From positions 31,763-95,762 of the forward strand of contig CAYLVM010000002.1 in NCBI GenBank assembly GCA_964387145.1: DNA of 64,000 nucleotides, given 5' to 3'. Source of the stretch: an uncultured Acidimicrobiaceae bacterium. GTDB taxonomy: Bacteria; Actinomycetota; Acidimicrobiia; Spongiisociales; UBA5794. The position numbers were made by a program, and so were the translations under genes. Under the pieces are notes generated by a model. That model searched no databases and was not told the DNA's origin. It saw only the letters and a program-made list of their open reading frames with translations. Positions 49,688 through 57,822 of the stretch are shown here, one piece after another (position 1 is the first letter of the stretch; every line of letters begins with the position of its first letter).

Positions 49688-51574
49688 TCAGTTTGCCGTG
49701 AGCGGTTCGATCCGCACTGCGGTCGCCTTGAACTCTGCGGTCCCGGATTTGGGATCCCACGCGTCGAGCGTGAGGATGTTGACGTCTACGTCGTCGGGCG
49801 AGTGGATCGCCATGAAGACGAGGCCCTTGCGTAGTCCCGAACTGATCCGTACCGGGACGTCGATCGATCCCCGACGTGACGTGACCCTGACGACCTCACC
49901 TTCCTCGACTCGAAGCGCGGTTGCTTCTTGCGGTGATACGTCGATGACGGCACCGTGGCGGATCGGTGATCGGAAGCCGCCAGACTGGACGCCGGTGTTG
50001 TAGCCGTCGAGCCGCCTGCCCGTCGTGAGGCGGATCGGGAAGTCGTCATCGAGGGGATCGACGGGGGGTACCCAGTCGACCTTCGAGAACGCTGCAGGCT
50101 CGCGTGGCATGGGGTCTTCCCACAGCCAGGCGTGGAGGAACAGCGTCCCTGGATGGTCCTCGGATGGGCATGGCCATTGGAGGCCACCGAGGGTTTCGAG
50201 CCGCTCATACGTCATGCCGGTGTGCATCGGGCTCAGAGCCCGTAGCTCGTCCCAGATCTCTTCGGCGGAGCGATGTGGCCAGTCGTTGCCCAACTGTCGT
50301 GCCAACAGCGTGAGGATCTCGATGTCGTCCTTGGCGTCGGCCGGCGGTTCGAGTGCTTTGTGTACGCGCTGCACGCGCCGTTCGCTCGAGGTCACGGTTC
50401 CGTCGGTTTCTGCCCATCCGACCGCGGCCGGGAGCACGACGTCGGCCATCTCCGCTGTTTTCGTGAGGAAGATGTCCTGGACGACGAGATGGTCGAGTCC
50501 GGCGAGAAGGTCGATGGTGCGACCCGTATCGGCCTCAGATTGTGCCGGATTCTCTCCGAGGATGTACATGGCGGTGAGATCGCCGCTCTCCATGGCATCG
50601 AACATCTGGGTGACGTGCCAGCCGTTCTCTGACGGGATCGAAGTGCCCCACATCGACTCGAACTTCGAGCGGAGTTCGGGGTCGGTCACGTTCTGGAACC
50701 CGGGGAGCTTGTTGGGGAGGGCTCCCATGTCGCCACCGCCCTGGACGTTGTTCTGCCCGCGGATCGGCACGAGCCCCGAGCCGTAACGGCCGAGATGTCC
50801 GGTGAGAAGTGACAGGTTGATGAGGGCGAGCACGTTGTCGGTCGCGTTGTGATGCTCGGTGATACCCAGTGTCCAGCACAGTTGTGCAGTGCGTGCCTTT
50901 GCGTAGTCGTGGGCAAGGGAGCGGATCGCATCGGCGGGCACACCGGTGGTCGCCTCTGCATACTCGAGGGTGTAGGGCTCGACGTGGTCGGTGAACTCTT
51001 CGAAGCCGGAGGTGGAGTGCGCGACGAACTCGGTGTTGACGAGGCCTGCATGGATGATCTCACGTGCAACGGCGTTGGCGAGGGCGATGTCGGAGCCGGT
51101 GTCGATCCCGAGCCAGATATCTGCCCACTCTGCGGACTCTGAGCGACGTGGATCAACGGCGTACATCTTGGCTCCGTTGCGCATACCTTTGGCGAGATGG
51201 TGGAAGAAGATAGGGTGGGCATTACGCGCGTTGGACCCCCACAGGATGATGAGGTCCGTGGTCTCGATCTCTTCATAGGACGACGTTCCGCCGCCTGCTC
51301 CCAGGACTGCCGCCAGACCGGCGACGCTAGGAGCGTGTCAAGTTCGGTTGCAGCTGTCGACGTTGTTCGTGTGAAGCACCGTGCGTGCGAACTTCTGTGC
51401 CACGAAGTTCATCTCGTTCGTCGCCTTCGAACACGAGAACATGCCCGTAGCGTCGGGAGTGTTGCGTTGGAACCCGGCCGCTGCCCTCTCGAGGGCGACA
51501 TCCCAGCTTGCCTCGGTGAGCCGTCCGTCCTCGCGGACCATCGGCGTCGTCAGGCGTTCGTATCGTTTACCCAT
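49688..51574 (-). CDS. fdhA: Formate dehydrogenase molybdopterin catalytic subunit, predicted selenoprotein with in-frame UGA at 51338-51340 (complement)
   Basis: Continuous frame ...VDSCNRT-UGA-HAPSVAGLAAVLGAGG...; Sec aligns with the conserved Sec/Cys of formate dehydrogenases (E. coli FdhF ...RV-U-HGPSVAGL); RBS GGGAGGTG before ATG 51574. Confidence 0.7.
51311..51323 (-). promoter_or_regulatory. Candidate SECIS apical hairpin CGCC-GGUCU-GGCG, 18 nt 3' of the fdhA UGA
   Basis: Same loop (GGUCU, the Gly-Leu codons) and same UGA-to-loop distance as the E. coli fdhF SECIS. Confidence 0.5.
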
Positions 51575-51667
51575 CTCACCTCCCTTCACAGGACGCCAGC
51601 GTAACAAAGCGGCACCGTCGAGAAATCGGGACACAGCGTCCGATGCCGGCGAGTCGCCAGATGGTGC

Positions 51668-52363
51668 TCAGAACAGGATCGCGATGGCGTCCCCGAGGAG
51701 CGACACACCGAAGACGAGCAACAGCACCGCCATAACGACGGAGTTGTTCTGGATGAGCCAATCCTTCGCATTCGAGAACGCGTCGTCGGCGCGCTCACCG
51801 ACGATGAGGTACCCGATCACCGGGATGGCCACCGTGCTGGCTGCGATCGCAATGAATATCAAGAGAGCGATCATCTCTTCGCTGAACGCCATACCGGCCC
51901 CGGCAATCGATACTGCAGCGCCTGCGGTCAGCAGGAGATTCTTCGGATTCACTGCGGACAGGAGGAAACCCATTCCGAGCGACTTACCGAGACCGAACTG
52001 ATCGATGGCCGCCATCCACTTCGGTGCCTCGGCCGTCTCGCCGGTGCCGGGCCGCTTCTGCCACGCCCCCCAGGCCACGGCGAACATTCCGAGACCGAGC
52101 AGACCTTTGATGATGCCCGTCGTGGTCGAGGGTTCGCCCTCGCTCGGCCCAAAGCCCGGGATCAAGAGGACGATCGTCCCGACGACCAGCAGACCGGCGA
52201 TCCAGCCGAACATGAACATCGGCCCGTTGGTCCTCGCTTTTGGAGTGAACAGCATCACGATCGCCGCAGCGATCGGTACGGGGCTCACCGCAACACCTAC
52301 CGCGAATGGAAGGATCTCACCGAACACGTCGCCCATGGCTACTCCCCTGATCGCGTTGGCCAC
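51668..52363 (-). CDS. GAP-family polytopic membrane protein (DUF2910-like)
   Basis: 231 aa; six hydrophobic segments. Confidence 0.45.
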   Translation of the reverse strand: MANAIRGVAMGDVFGEILPFAVGVAVSPVPIAAAIVMLFTPKARTNGPMFMFGWIAGLLVVGTIVLLIPGFGPSEGEPSTTTGIIKGLLGLGMFAVAWGAWQKRPGTGETAEAPKWMAAIDQFGLGKSLGMGFLLSAVNPKNLLLTAGAAVSIAGAGMAFSEEMIALLIFIAIAASTVAIPVIGYLIVGERADDAFSNAKDWLIQNNSVVMAVLLLVFGVSLLGDAIAILF

Positions 52364-52424
52364 TGCAGCTCAACGCATCGCAGAATGGTACCGCACCGCC
52401 CACACCCCCTCCCCGCTCCCAGGA

Positions 52425-52470
52425 CTCTGGCGCTGATACAGCTCATATACGGTTCGATTCAACGCCAGAC
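52425..52470. repeat. REP-like palindromic element, copy 3 (degenerate right arm)
   Basis: CTCTGGCGCTGATACAGCTCATATACGGTTCGATTCAACGCCAGAC. Confidence 0.7.
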
Positions 52471-52472
52471 GC

Positions 52473-53291
52473 CTAGAAGAAGAGCCTTTTGGCAGCGTCG
52501 GTGAAGATGGCGAGGACGAGGAACCAGGCTCCGACGAGGATCAGGATGCGGCCACCCCACCTTTTCACCGCCGGACCGGCCGTCTTGAACCGGCTGAGGG
52601 TCGATGCCTGTGCAAATGTGGCACCGAGAGCGGCCAGGAACATCAGGATCACGATCATCGCGGCAGCGACCGTGAACGTGAACACCGACGTCGCGACGCT
52701 TCCGGCGATGAGGGACTGTGCGGCCAGACCGGCCAGCAGCGGTCCCGTTCAGGAGAACCCCGCCGCCAGGTAGCCGAAACCGTACAGGACGTGGCTCGAG
52801 AAGCGGGTCTCGTCGCCGATCGCTGCGCGTCTGCGGTCGATGGGCTCGGCGATTCTCGTCATGGCCGAGAAGTGCAGATCGACGACGCGTAGCTGAACAA
52901 GACCCATGACGATCAGAACGATGCCGACCACGACTCGCAGGATCCTTCCCTGGGCCGAGTCGAAGGAGAACAGGCGGGCGATGGCACCACCACCGAGGGA
53001 GAGCAGGAGACCGAAACCCACGATGAAGGCAACGGCCCCGACAGATGCTCCGGTCGCGAATCGAAGGGTATCGCGCGCCCGATGCTCCGGCGATGTCGTT
53101 GCCCGGCGGGCGAGTGTGGTCAGGAGGAGAGGGAACGAACAGGGCGAGAAGAACGCGGCGATACCGACCGTCGCGGCGACCACAACGAGTCCAACGCCGG
53201 TCGCTCCGCCGACGTCGAAGGAGCGGAACAGCCGGAACCCGACGTAGCCGGCGAAGCCGACGACGAGCGTGATGATGACGAGGAGCGCCAT
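52473..53291 (-). CDS. CcdA/DsbD-family thiol-disulfide transporter homolog with in-frame UGA (complement 52749-52751) replacing the second conserved Cys; predicted selenoprotein
   Basis: Reads MALLVII...AAFFSPCSFPLL...YGFGYLAAGFS-UGA-TGPLLAGLAAQSLIAG...RWGGRILILVGAWFLVLA; both segments are in one frame; the UGA aligns with Cys of the CcdA TM4 motif (AAGWTPCIGPILG); GGCC-GGUCU-GGCC hairpin 18 nt downstream. Confidence 0.6.
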
Positions 53292-53372
53292 ACGCGTCCG
53301 CAGCCTGGACTGCTTCAACTCGTCTCTGTCGGTCGTCACGGTTCTCCTGTGGTGTGGTGTGACTACCCTAAA

Positions 53373-53392
53373 CCTTGAAGTCGACTTCAAGG
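53373..53392. promoter_or_regulatory. Perfect 20-bp palindrome CCTTGAAGTCGACTTCAAGG between divergent merR and ccdA-like genes (MerR-type operator candidate)
   Basis: Seen in sequence; resembles the SoxR box (CCTCAAGTTAACTTGAGG) in architecture. Confidence 0.5.
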
Positions 53393-53404
53393 TCAAGAGG
53401 GATC

Positions 53405-53800
53405 GTGCAGATAGGAGAACTCGCCGGGGCGAACACCGTATCGACCGCAACGGTGCGGTATTACGAGCAGATCGGGCTTCTCGATCCCCCGAAGCGGACG
53501 GCGTCGGGGTACCGGGACTACGACCAAGATGCTTCAGCGAGACTCGGCTTCATTCGGGCTGCCCAGGGAGCAGGCCTCAGCCTGGAGGAGATCCGCACGA
53601 TCCTCGAGATATCGAACGCCGGAGATGCCCCGTGCGGTCACGTTGCAGGGTTGATAGATGAAAAGGTGAAGACGATCGCTACGAAGATCGCAGCACTTCA
53701 GGTGGCGAAGGCCGATCTCGAGGCGCTCTCCGCTCGAGCCCGAACCCTCACCGGAACCCCCTGCCCCGAAGGCTCCATCTGCCACATCCTCGCCCCATAG
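53405..53800 (+). CDS. MerR family transcriptional regulator with C-terminal Cys/His cluster (metal-responsive type)
   Basis: MerR HTH (IGELAGANTVSTATVRYYEQIGLL), coiled-coil linker, C-terminal PCGH...PCPEGSICH. Confidence 0.8.
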   Translation: MQIGELAGANTVSTATVRYYEQIGLLDPPKRTASGYRDYDQDASARLGFIRAAQGAGLSLEEIRTILEISNAGDAPCGHVAGLIDEKVKTIATKIAALQVAKADLEALSARARTLTGTPCPEGSICHILAP

Positions 53801-53802
53801 GA

Positions 53803-53848
53803 CTCTGGCGCTGAAACAGCTCATATACGAGCGGTAGCAGCGCCAGAC
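53803..53848. repeat. REP-like palindromic element, copy 4
   Basis: CTCTGGCGCTGAAACAGCTCATATACGAGCGGTAGCAGCGCCAGAC between convergent merR and PPOX genes. Confidence 0.8.
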
Positions 53849-53856
53849 GCCTGGGT

Positions 53857-54336
53857 TCAGTAGGCGCCGGCGAGTTTGCGGTGGTCCCAGCTCGTCACCT
53901 TGATGGGTTCGACGATGACCGCGGTGTTCTTGGAGGCGAACCGGCCGAAGGCAGCATCGAGTTCCTCTGGTGAAAGCGCCTGGGGTTCGGTGCCCGAGAA
54001 CGGGTAGCGGGCGGCGAGCTTGCCGTAGATCTCGAGTACGTAGTCGGGATCCGTGACCAGTTTTGCCGTTCCCTTGATCATGACGCCCTGGAGCTCGGCG
54101 TAGAAATCGCCGGTCTCTACGAGCACCGTGAGGCGCGGATCGCGCATCAGGTTGACGATCTTCTGGGACTTGGTGAAGGACCGGAACACGATCCGCCCAT
54201 CGTCCAACGTGAACCACATCGGAGCGAGGTGCGGGGTGCCGTCCTTGTTGATCGATGCGACCTCGAGGATCCTGGCGCCGGATCCGAGGAACTCCTGGAT
54301 CTCGGCATCGTTCATGGTGATGTCTTTTCGTGCCAT
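53857..54336 (-). CDS. PPOX-class (pyridoxamine 5'-phosphate oxidase-like) F420/FMN-binding protein
   Basis: Start MARKDITMNDAEIQEFLGSGARILEVASINKDGTPHLAPMWFTLDDGRIVF typical of PPOX split-barrel proteins. Confidence 0.7.
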   Translation of the reverse strand: MARKDITMNDAEIQEFLGSGARILEVASINKDGTPHLAPMWFTLDDGRIVFRSFTKSQKIVNLMRDPRLTVLVETGDFYAELQGVMIKGTAKLVTDPDYVLEIYGKLAARYPFSGTEPQALSPEELDAAFGRFASKNTAVIVEPIKVTSWDHRKLAGAY

Positions 54337-54360
54337 GGAGCCAATGTAGCGACACCAGGA

Positions 54361-54406
54361 CTCTGGCGCCGAATCGGCTCGGATGCGAGCTGTTCCAGCG
54401 CCAGAC
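54361..54406. repeat. REP-like palindromic element, copy 5 (in a divergent promoter region)
   Basis: CTCTGGCGCCGAATCGGCTCGGATGCGAGCTGTTCCAGCGCCAGAC. Confidence 0.75.
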
Positions 54407-54565
54407 GCCAAAAGCCGACTGGTCGGAATGTTCCGGGGTCGTCTAGCCTTGTTCATAGAGAACGGGGCACGGGCGACCTTCGGGCGGCTGAGGTCCACGA
54501 CGTTCACAGAACGGAACGACCCGCTATGTCCTCCAACCCCTTGGGTGGAGAGAAGGGACCTCACG

Positions 54566-55462
54566 ATGGCCGACGAATCTCGCCGACCCATGACCGCACC
54601 GGCGGTGCGCGCCCGCAAGGGTGGCGCGAAGCTGAAGATGGTCACCGCCTACGACGCACCCACGGCTCGCATCGCCGACCGTGCAGGTACCGACATCATC
54701 CTCGTGGGTGACTCGCTCGCCAACGTGGTGCTCGGGTACGACAACACGCTCAAGGTCTCGATGGACGTCATGATCCACCACACCGCTGCTGTCACGCGAG
54801 CCAAGCCGAAGGCTCTCGTCGTCGGCGACATGCCGTGGCTCTCCTATCACACATCGACCGACGAAACGGTCAAGAACGCAGGCCGCTTCATCCGTGAGGG
54901 TGGTGCAAGCGCCGTGAAACTCGAAGGTGGACGCAAGCGTCTTCCGATGATCGAAGCCGTTCTCGATGCAGAGATCCCCGTCCTTGGCCATCTCGGACTC
55001 ACCCCCCAGTCGGTGAATACGATGGGTGGATACAAGGTGCAGGGAAAGCACGCTCAGGATGCGTACGAGATGATCTCAGATGCCCACGCCATCGCCGACG
55101 CCGGCGTGTTTGCCATCGTCCTCGAAGGTGTCCCCGACGTCGTTGCAGAGATCGTGACCAGCGAGGTTGCGGTCCCGACCATCGGTATCGGTGCAGGGAT
55201 CCACTGCGACGGCCAGGTCCTGGTGTTCCACGATGTCACAGGCCTCGGGGCAGGCGAGTACATCCCGAAGTTCGTCCGCACCTATGCCAACCTCGCCGAC
55301 GATGCGGTAGCCGCCCTCGAACAGTTCTACGCCGACATCGATTCGGGTGCGTTCCCGTCTGAGGCCGAGACCTATCACATGCCTGCTGAGTCTGAGGAGA
55401 TCCTTCGCCATCTCGCCGATCCGTCAGACCACCTGATGGCCGACGAGGCGATGGAGGGCTGA
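54566..55462 (+). CDS. panB: 3-methyl-2-oxobutanoate hydroxymethyltransferase
   Basis: KMVTAYDAPTARIADRAGTDIILVGDSLANVVLGYDNT motif. Confidence 0.9.
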   Translation: MADESRRPMTAPAVRARKGGAKLKMVTAYDAPTARIADRAGTDIILVGDSLANVVLGYDNTLKVSMDVMIHHTAAVTRAKPKALVVGDMPWLSYHTSTDETVKNAGRFIREGGASAVKLEGGRKRLPMIEAVLDAEIPVLGHLGLTPQSVNTMGGYKVQGKHAQDAYEMISDAHAIADAGVFAIVLEGVPDVVAEIVTSEVAVPTIGIGAGIHCDGQVLVFHDVTGLGAGEYIPKFVRTYANLADDAVAALEQFYADIDSGAFPSEAETYHMPAESEEILRHLADPSDHLMADEAMEG

Positions 55463-55549
55463 GTACCGATCCTCCACGGGCCCGGCGCGCCCACCGAGGT
55501 AAGACCGGCACCAGATCAGGCGCTCCGTCGGGGTGGCTAGCCTCGCGAC

Positions 55550-56455
55550 ATGCGCTTGGCGAGCATCTTCCTCGACATCCTTCTCCCGGTGTTCCTCATC
55601 GTGGGCGCGGGAGCCGTTGCCGGTCGCACGCTCGAACTCGATACGAAGTCGCTGTCGCGTCTCGTCTACTGGGTTGTTGGTCCGGTGTTCGTGTACTCCA
55701 TCCTTGCCACGGCAGACCTCTCGGCCGGACTGGTCGGGCGGATCCTTGCTGCCACGATGCTCGCCGTGCTTGGGTCCGGGATCGTCGCATGGCTCTCTGG
55801 CCGGGTGCTTGGCCGTCCGGTGAGGACTCGGTCTGCCGGTGTGCTGTCGTCCGTGTACGGCAACGTGGGCAACTTCGGGCTTGCGATCATCGCCTTCACC
55901 TTCGGTGCCTCGGCACTCGGATTCGCCGGGGTGGTCCTCGTAGCGGTCAACGTCACCGGTGTGTTCGTCGGGGTCGCTGCGGCACAGTGGCACGAGCGCG
56001 GGGCGTTGCGGGCTCTGGGGGCGGCGTTCATCGCTCCGATGACCCTTGCGGTGATTCCCGCCGCGATAGTCAACGGAGGAAACATTACCTTGCCGCTCTG
56101 GCTCGATCGTCCGCTGACGCTGGTCGCCGGAGCGCTGATCCCCGTGATGCTGCTGACCCTGGGAGCTCAGCTCGGCCAGATGACGAAACCCCACGTGAGC
56201 GTCGACGTTGTCCGTGTCCTCGTGGTGAAACTGGTCGTTGCGCCCCTCGTTGCAGCCGGTACGGTGATGCTTGTCGGTCTCGCTGGTGTGCCTGCAGGGG
56301 TTGTCATCCTCCAGTTCGCCATGCCACCGGCGGTGTTCACGTCGATCATCGCGCTCGAGCACGACCTGGAACCCGACCTCGTCACGACGACGGTGCTCGT
56401 CGGCACGCTCGTGTCGATCGTCACGATCCCCGTCGTGATCGCGCTCGTGAGCTGA
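55550..56455 (+). CDS. AEC (auxin efflux carrier) family transporter
   Basis: 301 aa, ~10 TM, AEC-family profile. Confidence 0.75.
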   Translation: MRLASIFLDILLPVFLIVGAGAVAGRTLELDTKSLSRLVYWVVGPVFVYSILATADLSAGLVGRILAATMLAVLGSGIVAWLSGRVLGRPVRTRSAGVLSSVYGNVGNFGLAIIAFTFGASALGFAGVVLVAVNVTGVFVGVAAAQWHERGALRALGAAFIAPMTLAVIPAAIVNGGNITLPLWLDRPLTLVAGALIPVMLLTLGAQLGQMTKPHVSVDVVRVLVVKLVVAPLVAAGTVMLVGLAGVPAGVVILQFAMPPAVFTSIIALEHDLEPDLVTTTVLVGTLVSIVTIPVVIALVS

Positions 56456-56489
56456 GAGCGAGATCGCAGGTATCGGTGTCGCAGCCCCC

Positions 56490-57008
56490 CTACGACGTCG
56501 AGTACAGGAGTTTGACGACACCGTTGGAGAACGCACGTGACTGCACGAGGCTCAACCTGGTCGCGAGGGGTCTCGTGAAGAGGGGTACGCCGGTACCGAG
56601 TACCTTGGGTATCACGTAGATCTCAAGGGTGTCGATGGCTCCCTGGTCGAGCCCATCGGTGATGACTTGCCCGCCCCCCATGACCCAGAGCCGCGTGTCG
56701 ATCGTCACGGCGTACTCCCTCACCGCAGCAGCGGTCGCGGTCGATGCGAACGTGATGTCGGCACCTTCGAGGATCGGGAGATCCCGTGAGGTCAGCACCA
56801 GTGCAGGGGTATCCCCGTAGGGCCAACCCCAATCGAGGATCTGCTCGTACGTCTTGGATCCCATGACGAGGCCACCGACGCCGGCGAGGAACCCGTCGAA
56901 GTCGTACTCCTCAGATCCGAAGTCGTCGAGGAATCCGACCGAGCCGCCCTCTTCCGCGATGTAGCCGTCGAGGGAGACGGCGACGTACGCGACAACATCT
57001 GATGCCAT
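56490..57008 (-). CDS. Dihydrofolate reductase-like (RibD C-terminal domain) family protein
   Basis: 172 aa; YVAVSLDGYIA...LVMGSKTY...GGG motif pattern. Confidence 0.7.
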   Translation of the reverse strand: MASDVVAYVAVSLDGYIAEEGGSVGFLDDFGSEEYDFDGFLAGVGGLVMGSKTYEQILDWGWPYGDTPALVLTSRDLPILEGADITFASTATAAAVREYAVTIDTRLWVMGGGQVITDGLDQGAIDTLEIYVIPKVLGTGVPLFTRPLATRLSLVQSRAFSNGVVKLLYSTS

Positions 57009-57090
57009 TGGAAGAGGGTATCAGGAGACTTGATGGCCGGCCACTGCGACCGATGTTGCCCACCCGGCGTGTGGCCCGTAGCCTTGCCGT

Positions 57091-57813
57091 ATGCGTTGGG
57101 CCGGGTTCGTGATAGCGATCGTCGTCGGGGGTTTGGTTTCCCTGTGGGCTGTGCGTGACCATCTGAACTCTGGATCCATTGTTTTACTCGTTTCTGTTAT
57201 TGCGCTCGGTCTGGCATGGCTCGCGTGGGTGACGGTGTCGGACACTCTGTCCTCGCGATGGTTTGCATGGCATCGGGAGTGGGCAGTGGTGGCCTCCCAT
57301 CCTGTCGCCGTGTCGTTCGCATTGTTCTCCATCGGTATCACCGGATGGATGGCGAGCGGGATGGTCCCATCGTTTCCGATTGGCGCCGCTGTGGTCCTTG
57401 TCGGTTCGCTCGGGTTCCTCGCGTCGCTGGTGGATCATCGACTCCCTGCGCTCCTCGTAGCGACCGTCGCTTTGTTCGGCGTTGCAAGCGTCGCGGGTGT
57501 CGGTCTCTCGGCGCATGAGTCTGTGTCGGTCGAAACGGCGATCGTCGTGGGTGTCGTCCTCTTCACGACCGCCGTCGTTGCCCTCCTGATCTCAGGGTCG
57601 GTCTTTCGATGGTTCATGGTTGCGGTGGGGAGCCTCGCTGCCGGTTACGTTTGGAGCGGGATCGCCGTGCTGCAGTTCGTTCCCCTGTCGGTGCCGTTCA
57701 AGAGAGTCGCCATTGCTGGGGTTCTCGGTGCATCGATCGTCGCGCTCATCCTGTCCCTGGTTGCCCATCGGCTGGATCGCGGCACTCGCGAGGTATCCAG
57801 AATCGGGGGGTAG
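57091..57813 (+). CDS. Hypothetical polytopic membrane protein
   Basis: 240 aa, ~7 hydrophobic segments. Confidence 0.4.
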   Translation: MRWAGFVIAIVVGGLVSLWAVRDHLNSGSIVLLVSVIALGLAWLAWVTVSDTLSSRWFAWHREWAVVASHPVAVSFALFSIGITGWMASGMVPSFPIGAAVVLVGSLGFLASLVDHRLPALLVATVALFGVASVAGVGLSAHESVSVETAIVVGVVLFTTAVVALLISGSVFRWFMVAVGSLAAGYVWSGIAVLQFVPLSVPFKRVAIAGVLGASIVALILSLVAHRLDRGTREVSRIGG

Positions 57814-57822
57814 GTTCCTGGC

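Noticed and set aside
51311-52734. Functional link between the REP elements and the SECIS hairpins (shared GUCUGGCG 8-mer)
   Set aside because: An 8-mer match in a GC-rich genome is weak evidence; the SECIS sequence is explained by Gly-Leu codons, so I treat it as coincidence.
52685-52749. Possibility that the ccdA-like gene is a frameshifted pseudogene
   Set aside because: Both halves are in the same frame and separated only by a TGA at the conserved Cys position, with an fdhF-type SECIS hairpin at the correct distance. Kept as a selenoprotein candidate, though a pseudogene is not fully excluded without the sel genes.
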